Of a stretch of DNA of 64,000 nucleotides, positions 17,913-27,856 are shown piece by piece. Position 1 is the stretch's first letter. Each line of letters opens with the position of its first letter. The position numbers and the translations under genes were made by a program. The stretch lies in NCBI GenBank assembly GCA_016873715.1, contig VGWF01000007.1:405-64404 (forward strand), in the 5' to 3' direction. The notes beneath the pieces are model-generated. The model worked only from the letters and a program-made list of their open reading frames with translations, searched no databases and had not been told where the DNA came from. Source of the DNA: Lentisphaerota bacterium. Its GTDB lineage: Bacteria; Verrucomicrobiota; Kiritimatiellia; PWTM01.

Positions 17913-18322
17913 TTCGGGGTGTCGGTTTGGTGGACCAGGGCCAGCCGCGCGATCTTGGCGCCGTGCAGGATGCGGAGGATCTCCGCGACCTTGCCGTACG
18001 CGACGCCCTCATCGGCGCGGACCATGATCGTGACGTCGGGATCCGCGGCGCCGAGGGCGTTCATCTCCTCCGTGAAGGCCTCCCTCCCGATCGGCTGCTT
18101 GTCGAGGAAGAGCGCGCCCTTCGGATCGATCGTGACCGTGCGCGTCTGCCGCTCGGGCAGGTCCTGCGCCTTGCCGCGCGGAAGGTTGACGGGGATCCCC
18201 TGCTCGATCAGCGGGAAGGTGATGATGAAGGTGATCAGGAGCAGGAAGGTCAGGTCGATCAACGGCGTGAGGTTGATCTCCTTGATCTCGGACAGGGCGA
18301 CGATGGTGGTGCGGCGCGACAT
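17909..18322 (-). CDS. exbD: Biopolymer transport protein ExbD/TolR
   Basis: 137 aa, with INLTPLIDLTFLLLITFIIT and IMVRADEGVAYGKVAEIL. Confidence 0.85.
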   Translation of the reverse strand: MSRRTTIVALSEIKEINLTPLIDLTFLLLITFIITFPLIEQGIPVNLPRGKAQDLPERQTRTVTIDPKGALFLDKQPIGREAFTEEMNALGAADPDVTIMVRADEGVAYGKVAEILRILHGAKIARLALVHQTDTPK

Positions 18323-18326
18323 GCGG

Positions 18327-19073
18327 TCACCCGCGGCTGAAGGCGCGCTGGATCGCGGCCACGTATTCCTGGGAGAAGTTGTCCATCTGCACCGCCAGGG
18401 TGCGGATGCGTCCCGCCAGCAGGTTGTAGCCGATGGAGGACGGCAGCGCGACGAGAAGCCCGACGACCGTCGTCAACAGCGCGCCGGAGATGCCCGGCGC
18501 CACGGCCGACAGGTTGGCCATGCCCTTCAGCGCCATCGCGCCGAAGGCGTCGAGCACGCCCCAGACCGTTCCGAGCAGCCCGAGCATCGGGCTGGCGCTG
18601 ACCGCGGTCATCAGGTGCCCCATGCGGTTCTCGAGCGCCAGAGCTTGGTCGGCCACCGTGCGCTCGGTGACGCGGCGGATCACCTCGACCTGCAGGGCCG
18701 AAAGCTCGATGCGGGCGATGCGGTTCTCGTCGAGCAGGAGCTGCGGCGCGCGGTCCGTGTCGCCGACCTCCGCCCCCAGCGCGGTGCAGCCGGCCTCGTA
18801 GACGCGGTAGAGCGGGCTCTCCGGAAACGCCTGGTTGCGGAGGAAGAGCGCGAGCGGATGGGTCTCGCGGCGGAAGGCGGCGATGAAGCGGTCGGACGCC
18901 GCCTGCGCGTTGCGGAGCTCGCGGTACTTCGAAACCATGACGCTCCACGCGACGACGGAGGCGACCACCAGGACGATGACGATCAACTGGCCCGAGAGGA
19001 AGTTGCTGTCGCGGAACGCCTGCACGACGTCCGCCACCGGGAACGCCCCTCGGAACACGGGAATCGGGCCCAT
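18327..19073 (-). CDS. exbB: MotA/TolQ/ExbB proton channel protein
   Basis: SPMLGLLGTVWGVLDAF and GISGALLTTVVGLLVALPSSIGYN. The start is taken at the 12th codon of track ORF 18327..19106 (MGPIPVF). Confidence 0.85.
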   Translation of the reverse strand: MGPIPVFRGAFPVADVVQAFRDSNFLSGQLIVIVLVVASVVAWSVMVSKYRELRNAQAASDRFIAAFRRETHPLALFLRNQAFPESPLYRVYEAGCTALGAEVGDTDRAPQLLLDENRIARIELSALQVEVIRRVTERTVADQALALENRMGHLMTAVSASPMLGLLGTVWGVLDAFGAMALKGMANLSAVAPGISGALLTTVVGLLVALPSSIGYNLLAGRIRTLAVQMDNFSQEYVAAIQRAFSRG

Positions 19074-19231
19074 GGATCCTGCATGCCTTTCTGGGCGCGG
19101 CCGCATGCCCCGCCCACGCGCGCATGATAGTCGCCGCCCCTCCGCCCGGTCAACCGGCGCGGCTTCCGCGCTTGGACTTCGCCGCGAAGGTGCTACGCTG
19201 CCTGCTTCACCGAGCCGCGAAGGAGCCGTTC

Positions 19232-21730
19232 ATGCCGATGCGAACCGCCGCCCCCGGGGTCCTGGCCGCATGCCTTGCCGCCGCCGTCGCCCCGGGGCCC
19301 GCCCCCGCGGAGCCCGCCAGCCTCGTCTTCGAGGCCGAAACCGTGGCGGGCCCCCCGTCGGCCTGGCAGACCAACCGCACGTCGAAAACCCACTGGAACC
19401 TCTGGAGCACGGACACGGACGCCGCGAGGAAGTGGTCCGGCGGCGTCGTCCTGCAAAGCCCCGCCGTGACCGCCGACCGCGCCGCCCCGGAGGATGGCGC
19501 CCCTCCCCTGCACGTGCGGATCCCCGGCCTGGCGGACGGCCTCTACGATGTCCTTCTCAACGGCGGGCGGCCCTTCGGACTCTCCCTCGATGGCCGGACC
19601 TGGGCCCGCTCCACGGGCGGTCTCGTGGCCGAGGGACTCGCGGTGACGGGCGGCGTCTTCGAGCTGTGGTTCGACGACCGCTTCGCCGACGCGAAGAACC
19701 CGGGCGCCTGCTACCTCGACACGATCACGCTCTCCCGCGCGCCGCCCCCGATCGTGAAGCCCAGGATCGAGGGGCACTGCAGGACGCGCGTCGAGGAACG
19801 CCTCGACCGGGGCGTGGTCGCCCTGCCCTGCGAGACCGGCGTCTACATCGGCTGGCGCCTGCTCCGGACCGATCCCGCGGACGTCGCCTTCCACGTTTAC
19901 CGCGCGGCCGGCGACGGGGAGCCGCAGCGCGTTTCGAAGGAGCCGGTTTCGCGGACGACGGACTTCGTCGACGAGTCGGCGCCCGCCGGCGCCGGCCTGG
20001 CCTACACCGTGCGCAGGGTCGTCGACGGGAAGGAACGGCCGGACGGCGGCGGTACGGCCCGCACCGTCCTGGATCCGGCCGCGCCCCGCACGGGCCGGAT
20101 CACGATCCCCCTGAAGCCGGCGATGACCTTCCAGAAATGCGGCATCGGCGACCTCGACGGCGACGGCCGCCACGACTTCGTCCTCAAGAGCCCCAACGAC
20201 AACATCGATCCGTACGTGAAGTACTGGAAGCCCTCGCCCGACACGTACACGCTCGACGCCTACCGGTCCGACGGCACCCGGCTCTGGTCCCACGATCTCG
20301 GATGGGCGATCGAGCGCGGCATCTGGTACTCGCCCTACATCGTCCATGACCTCGACGGCGACGGCCGCGCCGAGGTCGTCGCCAAGATCGGCGAGGGCGA
20401 CCCGCGCGATCCCGACGGCCGCGTCCGCACCGGCGCCGAGTGGGTCGTGATCTGGGATGGCGCCACCGGACGCGAGCTCGCGCGCGCGCCGTGGCCGGAC
20501 CGGTCCGGATTCGGCGACGGCGAGGCGGGCTACAACTACGCCAGCCGCAACCAGCTCGCCGTGGCGTACCTGGACGGGAAGACCCCGTGCCTCATCGTCC
20601 TGCGCGGCACCTACACCGTTATGAAGGCTGAGGCCTGGGACTTCGACGGCCGGGCGCTGCGCAGGCTCTGGACCTACTCGAGCGACGAGGCCGGCGCACG
20701 CCTTCGCGGACAGGGCGCCCACACCACGCGCTGCGGCGACATCGATGGGGACGGGCGCGACGAGGTGCTCCTCGGCAGCGCCGTCCTCGACGACACCGGG
20801 GCCCCCCTCTGGTGCACGCGCCTCGGGCACCCCGACCACTTCTACGTCGGCGATCTCATGCCGCAGCGGCCGGGGATCGAGATCTACTACGGCATCGAGA
20901 CCCGCCAGCCGAGCAACGGCATGTGCATGGTCGATGCGCCGACGGGCCGCATCCTCTGGGGCTGGCCCGGCCCGACCCGGCACATCCACGCCACGGGCCT
21001 CTGCTCCGACATCTGCCCCCTGCATCCGGGCGCGGAGTGCTACGGGGCCGATTCCGCCGACCACAAGCCCACGGGCGACCGCTGGCTGTTCGCGTCGGAC
21101 GGCACGGTCCTCCGCCGCGACCTCGACCTCGGGTTCGGCAGGATCACCGCCCACTGGGACGCCGACCTCCAGCGCGAGATGCTCTCCGGCGACCGCCTGA
21201 CCGACGCGGCCGGCGGCGCCCACGCGACGCGGATCGAGGGCAAGGGCACCGTGCTCGTCGCCGACATCCTCGGAGACTGGCGCGAGGAGCTGATCGTCAC
21301 GGCGCCCGGCGAACTGCGGATCTACACGACGACGATCCCCGCCATGGACCGCCGCGTGACGCTGATGCAGGACCGCACCTACCGCAGCGACGTCACCATG
21401 ACCGCCATGGGCTACACCGTGCCGCCGACCCACTCGGAGACCTTCGAGGCGACCGCGCCGAATCTCAACCTCACCGCCCTCGCATCGACGACGGGCGTGG
21501 TCCGCGTCGTGGCCGTCGCGCCGCTCGCCGCGCCGCTCGAGGGCGATCTGAAACTCGCGGCCGACGCGGGCGCCGTGACGCCGGACCGCGTGGACGTCCG
21601 GCTTGCGCCGGGTGAGCGCAGGGCATGGGAATGCGCGGTGAAGCTTCCCCCGGACGTCAAGACGACGCGGGTCCGCGGCGAGATGGCGCACCGCGGCGGC
21701 GTCCTGCGCGGGTCCGTCCGCATCCCGTGA
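19232..21730 (+). CDS. Secreted beta-propeller polysaccharide lyase, rhamnogalacturonan lyase family PL11-like, with an N-terminal accessory domain
   Basis: AAGGAG lies 7 nt upstream of the ATG, and a signal peptide follows (MPMRTAAPGVLAACLAAAVA). The repeated blade motifs GDLDGDGRHDFV, HDLDGDGRAEVV and GDIDGDGRDEVL are present. The C-terminal hallmark is ADILGDWREELIV..LRIYTTTIP..RVTLMQDRTYRSDVTMTAMGYTVPPTHS. Confidence 0.7.
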   Translation: MPMRTAAPGVLAACLAAAVAPGPAPAEPASLVFEAETVAGPPSAWQTNRTSKTHWNLWSTDTDAARKWSGGVVLQSPAVTADRAAPEDGAPPLHVRIPGLADGLYDVLLNGGRPFGLSLDGRTWARSTGGLVAEGLAVTGGVFELWFDDRFADAKNPGACYLDTITLSRAPPPIVKPRIEGHCRTRVEERLDRGVVALPCETGVYIGWRLLRTDPADVAFHVYRAAGDGEPQRVSKEPVSRTTDFVDESAPAGAGLAYTVRRVVDGKERPDGGGTARTVLDPAAPRTGRITIPLKPAMTFQKCGIGDLDGDGRHDFVLKSPNDNIDPYVKYWKPSPDTYTLDAYRSDGTRLWSHDLGWAIERGIWYSPYIVHDLDGDGRAEVVAKIGEGDPRDPDGRVRTGAEWVVIWDGATGRELARAPWPDRSGFGDGEAGYNYASRNQLAVAYLDGKTPCLIVLRGTYTVMKAEAWDFDGRALRRLWTYSSDEAGARLRGQGAHTTRCGDIDGDGRDEVLLGSAVLDDTGAPLWCTRLGHPDHFYVGDLMPQRPGIEIYYGIETRQPSNGMCMVDAPTGRILWGWPGPTRHIHATGLCSDICPLHPGAECYGADSADHKPTGDRWLFASDGTVLRRDLDLGFGRITAHWDADLQREMLSGDRLTDAAGGAHATRIEGKGTVLVADILGDWREELIVTAPGELRIYTTTIPAMDRRVTLMQDRTYRSDVTMTAMGYTVPPTHSETFEATAPNLNLTALASTTGVVRVVAVAPLAAPLEGDLKLAADAGAVTPDRVDVRLAPGERRAWECAVKLPPDVKTTRVRGEMAHRGGVLRGSVRIP

Positions 21731-22458
21731 CCGTGCCCCTCTCCCTCTACATCGTCGGCGCCCTCGCGGCATTCCTGACCGGCATGGCCAAGTGCGGCGT
21801 GCCGGGGCTCGGCATCCTGGTCGTGCCCCTGATGGCCTTCGCGTTTCCCGCGCGGGAATCGGTCGGCGCGCTGCTCCCGATCCTGATCGCCGGGGACATC
21901 GTCGCCATCACGCTCTTCCGCCGTCATGCGATGTGGGCGTGGATCCTGCGGCTCGCCCCGTGGGTCGCGGTCGGCCTGGCGCTGGGAGCGTGGTGGCTCC
22001 AGGGGCTCGACGACGAGGCCCTCCGCCGCGTGCTCGGCGGGCTGGTTCTCGCCATGGTCGCCCTGGACCTCGTGCGGCGGAAGATGAACTGGGACCGCAT
22101 GGCCTCGCATCCGGTCTACACCGGCGGGATCGGGATGCTCGCCGGCGCCGCGACGACGCTCGGCAATGCCGCGGGCCCGGTCATGAACCTGTACCTGCTG
22201 GGGCGGAAGCTGCCCAAGGAGCTCTTCGTCGGGACGTCGGCATGGTTCTTCTTCCTGGTGAACCTGACCAAGGTCCCGGTCTTCCTCACGCAGTCGATGC
22301 TGACGCGCGACCTGCTCGTGTTCGACCTGTGCGTGATTCCCTTCATCGGCCTCGGCGCATGGGCCGGGCAGGCCGCCCTGCGCAGGCTTCCGGAGACGGT
22401 CTTCCGCCGCGTCGTGATGGGGCTGACGGTGATCGGCGGCCTGCGGCTGCTGTTCTGA
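21727..22458 (+). CDS. TauE/SafE-family anion exporter (DUF81)
   Basis: A polytopic membrane protein with GALAAFLTGMAKCGVPGLGILVVPLM and a second half GAATTLGNAAGPVMNLYLL. The GTG at 21727 forms a GTGA overlap with the lyase stop. Confidence 0.75.
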   Translation: MTVPLSLYIVGALAAFLTGMAKCGVPGLGILVVPLMAFAFPARESVGALLPILIAGDIVAITLFRRHAMWAWILRLAPWVAVGLALGAWWLQGLDDEALRRVLGGLVLAMVALDLVRRKMNWDRMASHPVYTGGIGMLAGAATTLGNAAGPVMNLYLLGRKLPKELFVGTSAWFFFLVNLTKVPVFLTQSMLTRDLLVFDLCVIPFIGLGAWAGQAALRRLPETVFRRVVMGLTVIGGLRLLF

Positions 22459-22468
22459 GGCCGGCCGG

Positions 22469-23401
22469 TCAGTCGCGGAAGGCCGCCGCGCGGCCGGCGA
22501 GGTCGCGCTCCGTCCATCGCCCCGGGTGGACGATGGCGCGGTAGCGGAGGCGCATCGTGGCGCCCGCGTCGACCGTGACGGGGCCGTTGAACAGGATGCC
22601 GGGGCCGTGCAGGCCGTAGGGCTTCTTCGGGTCGAGCCGCAGGAACCACGGCGTCGGGTGGCCGCGGTTGTCCGGGTGGTCGAGGATCGCGATGCCCGCC
22701 GCCTTTCCGTCGAGAATCCCGCTGAAGTCCAGCGCGCGCGCCGGCTCGCCGTGCGCCGCGAGGTCGTTGCGCCCCGAGTCGCTGACCGCCTGCCAGTCCT
22801 TCAGGTCGGCCGCCACGCGCCAGATGAGGCCGCCGTAGCCGCCCGCGGTCCGCGCCGGATTGACCGGCGTGGCCTCGAGCACCACCGCGGCGGGGCCGGC
22901 GGTGAAGGCGGCGTCCCAGTCGATCGTGTAGGCCCCGTCGGCGGCGGGCGCCGAGACCTCGACAACCCGGCGCTCGGTCATGACGGCCGGCTGGCCGGGC
23001 GGCGCGTAGGTCACCTCCATCGCGATCCGGGCGCTGAAGTCCGCGCGGGTCTCGACCACGACGTTGCTCCACAGGGTCAGCCCGGCCGGCTTGCCGGTGG
23101 TCTTGTCCTCCTCCCAGTAGTTGACCTTGTTCATGAACTTCCAGGAGAACCAGAGGCCGCAGTGCCAGATGTGATCCGGAGGACGCAGCCACGTCATCGA
23201 ACTGCCGCCCCCGAGCGTGAGCGGGTGGAAGAAGGGCTTCGTCGCGTCCGCCCCGTGGTTGAACGCCCAGACGGTCTTCCCGTCCTGCATCAGCGCGACG
23301 CGGCCCTCCGCCTTCTGCCAGGCCAGGTCCGCGGCCCCCGCCGGCGCGGCCGCCAGCAGCGCGAGGGCGGAGAGGATCGACCGGGTGGCGCAGGGATTCA
23401 T
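22469..23401 (-). CDS. Secreted PmoA-family / DUF6807-like protein
   Basis: 310 aa with a signal peptide. Motifs are KPFFHPL, HIWHCGLWFSWKF, GGYGGLIWR and ILDHPDN. Confidence 0.65.
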   Translation of the reverse strand: MNPCATRSILSALALLAAAPAGAADLAWQKAEGRVALMQDGKTVWAFNHGADATKPFFHPLTLGGGSSMTWLRPPDHIWHCGLWFSWKFMNKVNYWEEDKTTGKPAGLTLWSNVVVETRADFSARIAMEVTYAPPGQPAVMTERRVVEVSAPAADGAYTIDWDAAFTAGPAAVVLEATPVNPARTAGGYGGLIWRVAADLKDWQAVSDSGRNDLAAHGEPARALDFSGILDGKAAGIAILDHPDNRGHPTPWFLRLDPKKPYGLHGPGILFNGPVTVDAGATMRLRYRAIVHPGRWTERDLAGRAAAFRD

Positions 23402-23491
23402 GGCGGGGTCTCCGGGGGGTTCAGGTTCCGCGTCTTCGTTGGTTGATGGCTGTTGGACGTTGGCTGTTGACTTCGACGTCGGGCGTTCGCC

Positions 23492-24910
<1,419 letters not shown>

Positions 24911-24923
24911 GCTGTCCCCCGTC

Positions 24924-25664
24924 CTATTGCTTCGCCGTGATCGCGATCGTGCCCAGGTCCCGGACGTCGTCCATCACCCGGATCCCCTGCAGTTGCGGAT
25001 CGTGCTGGTGCGCGAGGAGCCCCTTCGCGTCGCCCGGGCCCACCTCCTGCCGGATGAGCTCGCGGGACCGGATCATGTGCCAGCCGGGGCCGACGTCCTC
25101 GAAGAAGGCGAGCTTCAGGCTCCGTACCTGGATGTCGGTGCGGACGCTGGCGTCCTGCAGCGTGATCGGCCTCGTGCGGACCTCCTGCAGGACCGCGGAC
25201 GCGCGCCCCTCGGCGCCGGCCACGCCCTCGCAGCGGTGGATGGCCTTCGTGTCGAAGAACGCGATGGACCGGTCGACGGTGGACTTGATCTTCCCGCGGT
25301 CGGCGTCCGTCAGCGTGCTCGCGTCGCGGTGGAGCAGGACGCCCTCGACGACCCGGCCGTCGAAGACCAGCACCAGGTCGTACCGGTTGACGGGCAGTCC
25401 CTCGAACCGGACCGAGCGTCCATCCGCGGAGACCTGTCCGTTGTAGGCGAGTTCGCGCGACATCACGGGCACGGCGATGGCGGCCTCGACCGGCTCGCAG
25501 GTTGCGGGGAGGCGGAAGGCGATGCCGCCGGTCGCGGCCGGATCGGGCGCCGTGTAGAGCCGCGTCGACTGCTTCGTGCCCGTGACGGAGCCCCCCGACG
25601 CGTCGAGGCAGGCCGCGGACAGGACCGCCATCCACCACGCATGCCGCCGCAAGCCGCCCGTCAT
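24924..25664 (-). CDS. Secreted hypothetical protein (Bat-like operon member)
   Basis: 246 aa starting MTGGLRRHAWWMAVLSAACLDA (signal or lipoprotein-like). Composition is normal and I recognise no family. The start forms an ATGA overlap with the upstream gene. Confidence 0.6.
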   Translation of the reverse strand: MTGGLRRHAWWMAVLSAACLDASGGSVTGTKQSTRLYTAPDPAATGGIAFRLPATCEPVEAAIAVPVMSRELAYNGQVSADGRSVRFEGLPVNRYDLVLVFDGRVVEGVLLHRDASTLTDADRGKIKSTVDRSIAFFDTKAIHRCEGVAGAEGRASAVLQEVRTRPITLQDASVRTDIQVRSLKLAFFEDVGPGWHMIRSRELIRQEVGPGDAKGLLAHQHDPQLQGIRVMDDVRDLGTIAITAKQ

Positions 25665-27856
25665 GGCCGCCTCCTCCGCATCGCCTCGCGCTGCCGGTCG
25701 AGGAGGTCCATGCCGCCGCCGGACGCGGAGGTGCCCGTCGGGATCCGCTTCGCCCGCTCGGCGGCCAGCGCATCCATCTCGGCCCTGAGCCCGAGCGCCT
25801 CGAGGCATTTCATCTCCATTGCGAATGCGCGGGCAAGGTAACTGTTCATCCCGACCGTGGCGCGGTAGGACGACAGGATCCGGCGCGCGCGCTGGGGGTC
25901 GCCGACCGCCATTTGGAACGCGGCCTCCGCCAGGGGGAAGTCGCCGTCGATCTTGCTGAGCGGAAACTCGATCTCCCACTGGTCCAGGGTGCGGCGCGCC
26001 TCGGCCCACGCCTTCTGCTCGATCAGGCTCTGCACGGTCGCGTGGTTCGCGCCCTCGCGGACGGCGGCGATCCGCCAGTCGCCGGCGAGCCGGGCCATGG
26101 CGCTCATCTCGTTCGTCGACTCGCGCCGCAGGGCCGAGAGCGTCGCGGCGGACTTCTGCATCGCGCGGTGCCGGTCCTGCGCGGCCCCGTAGAACCGGGC
26201 CGCCTCGTCGCGCCGGCCGGCGAAGCGCTCGACGTCCCCGGCGAGCACCGTCGCCCGCACCGCGGCCTCGGGCGTCAGCGTGGCCGGCTGGATCTCGGCC
26301 AGCGCGGCGCGCGCCTCGTTCGTCATGCCGAGGTCGGTGGCGAGGATCCGCGCGCGTTCCATCTGCCAGTGGACCTTGCGGGACGTGTCCATCTCCTCCC
26401 GCGCGAACCGCTGCACCCAGGGCAGCGCCGCGGCGGGGTCCTTGACGCGAACGTTCTCAACGAACATGCCCTCGATCGCCCACCGCCATTCGGGCGCCAC
26501 CCGGGCGAGGTCCTGCCGCGAGCGTTCGATGACGGCCTGCGGGATCTCCGGCGTCGCGTAGGGATCCAGCGCGGCGACCAGCGTCGCCCACAGGTTCGAG
26601 GACCAGTCCGCGCAGGGGCGGCGCTGCGCGGGCCCGGCCTGGAGACGGCTCAGGAAGGCCTTCCGCACCATCTCCCGGTCGGACGGCACGTTCATGTTCA
26701 TCTGCGGCGGATACACGGGGACCACGACCGGCACCGAGCTGACGGCGGACGCGCTTCCGCGCGCCGCGGTGAGCGACACGGGGTGCTCGGCCTCGTCCTC
26801 CCAGAGCCAGAGGAACTCGTCGGCCGTCACCTCGTAGCGATCGTCGATCTTCCACGTGAAGCGGACATCCCCGGGAGACGCCCCGCCCGGCATGCGCGCG
26901 AAGCGGAAGAGATTGACGGGGCGGTCGCCCGTCCAGACGTACTTCACGCACTGCCAGTCGATCCCCGGCAGCGGAAGCCCGTCCTTCGCCGCGGCGGACA
27001 CGATCCGCGTCTCCCCGGAGTGGAGGTAGGCGGTCCGCGGGGTCGTCAGCGGCAGCTTGTCGATCGGCGTGCCGGTGGGCCGCCAGCACAGGTGCGCCTC
27101 CTGCTGGCCGGTCGTCTCGTACTGAAGGTACTCGAGGGAGTGAAGGCCCTTCACCATGTCGACGTAGTCGCCGAACTGTCCCTTCGCGCCGTCGTTTCGC
27201 GGCCGGTTCGCGGGCCAGCGCGCCACGAGCTTTCCCCCGATGCGGAACTCGGAGGCGTCGTCCGAGATCGTGCAGAAGTAGTACCGGCCCGGCGTCTCGA
27301 TCGTCAGCCAGCCCGTGTACCACGCCATGAAGTTGTCGTCCGGGCCGAGGCGGTTCTCCGACTGGCCGACGTTGGGCACGAGCGCCAGGCGCGCGGCGCG
27401 GCCGGGGGGCCAGTCCCTCGCGATCGAGGCGGCCTTGGCCATCGACGGCGTGGCGGCCGACGTTTCGACGTACATCAGGACGCCCGGCTTCAGGAACCCG
27501 GCGGCGGCGGAATCCGCGGGCTTCGTCTTCTGCGCCGGAACGACGTACACGAACGCCCCCGCGTCCGACGGCGGGTTCTCGAAGCAGACGCCCAGCCCGA
27601 CGCGCGGATTGTGCCACACGACCAGCGACTTCAACTCCCGCCCGTCCGCGTCGGTCACGACCGCGTCGCACGCGGGCTTCGGCAGAAGGCCGCCGTCCGG
27701 GAGCAGCGCGACATTCCCCGCCTCGGGCTGCGAGGCGGGGGTCGTGATCCCGACCTCGAACCGGTGCGTGGCCGCGCCGACGGTCCACGGCGGGGCCTCG
27801 GCCCGCGCCGCCCCGGCCGCCGCGAGGAGCATCGCCGCCGTTGCGATCCGCCTCAT
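25661..27856 (-). CDS. Secreted PA14-like domain protein with a helical (TPR-like) C-terminal half
   Basis: 731 aa with a signal peptide (MRRIATAAMLLAAAGAARA). The PA14/GLEYA-like core is FMAWYTGWLTIETPGRYYFCTISDDASEFRIGGKLV. The C-terminal roughly 300 aa is a helical repeat region. ATGA overlaps occur at both ends. Confidence 0.65.
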   Translation of the reverse strand: MRRIATAAMLLAAAGAARAEAPPWTVGAATHRFEVGITTPASQPEAGNVALLPDGGLLPKPACDAVVTDADGRELKSLVVWHNPRVGLGVCFENPPSDAGAFVYVVPAQKTKPADSAAAGFLKPGVLMYVETSAATPSMAKAASIARDWPPGRAARLALVPNVGQSENRLGPDDNFMAWYTGWLTIETPGRYYFCTISDDASEFRIGGKLVARWPANRPRNDGAKGQFGDYVDMVKGLHSLEYLQYETTGQQEAHLCWRPTGTPIDKLPLTTPRTAYLHSGETRIVSAAAKDGLPLPGIDWQCVKYVWTGDRPVNLFRFARMPGGASPGDVRFTWKIDDRYEVTADEFLWLWEDEAEHPVSLTAARGSASAVSSVPVVVPVYPPQMNMNVPSDREMVRKAFLSRLQAGPAQRRPCADWSSNLWATLVAALDPYATPEIPQAVIERSRQDLARVAPEWRWAIEGMFVENVRVKDPAAALPWVQRFAREEMDTSRKVHWQMERARILATDLGMTNEARAALAEIQPATLTPEAAVRATVLAGDVERFAGRRDEAARFYGAAQDRHRAMQKSAATLSALRRESTNEMSAMARLAGDWRIAAVREGANHATVQSLIEQKAWAEARRTLDQWEIEFPLSKIDGDFPLAEAAFQMAVGDPQRARRILSSYRATVGMNSYLARAFAMEMKCLEALGLRAEMDALAAERAKRIPTGTSASGGGMDLLDRQREAMRRRRP

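Noticed and set aside
19060-19145. An apparent 1-nt discrepancy between my manual position count and the ORF-track coordinates around the exbB start and the 19124 ORF start.
   Set aside because: This is most likely my own miscount in a C-run. It is not treated as a frameshift or pseudogene. The track coordinates were used.
22469-23401. The PmoA-family similarity as evidence for methane or ammonia monooxygenase.
   Set aside because: This is a soluble secreted DUF6807-type protein with a signal peptide. It has no PmoB or PmoC partners and no polytopic membrane topology. The family name is historical.
23402-23491. The direct repeat TGGCTGTTG(G/A)C x2 (about 23440-23475) between the MoxR gene end and the PmoA-like gene start as an operator.
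   Set aside because: There are only two short copies, no supporting promoter hexamers in the correct (minus) orientation, and the repeat could arise by chance. The evidence is too weak for a feature.
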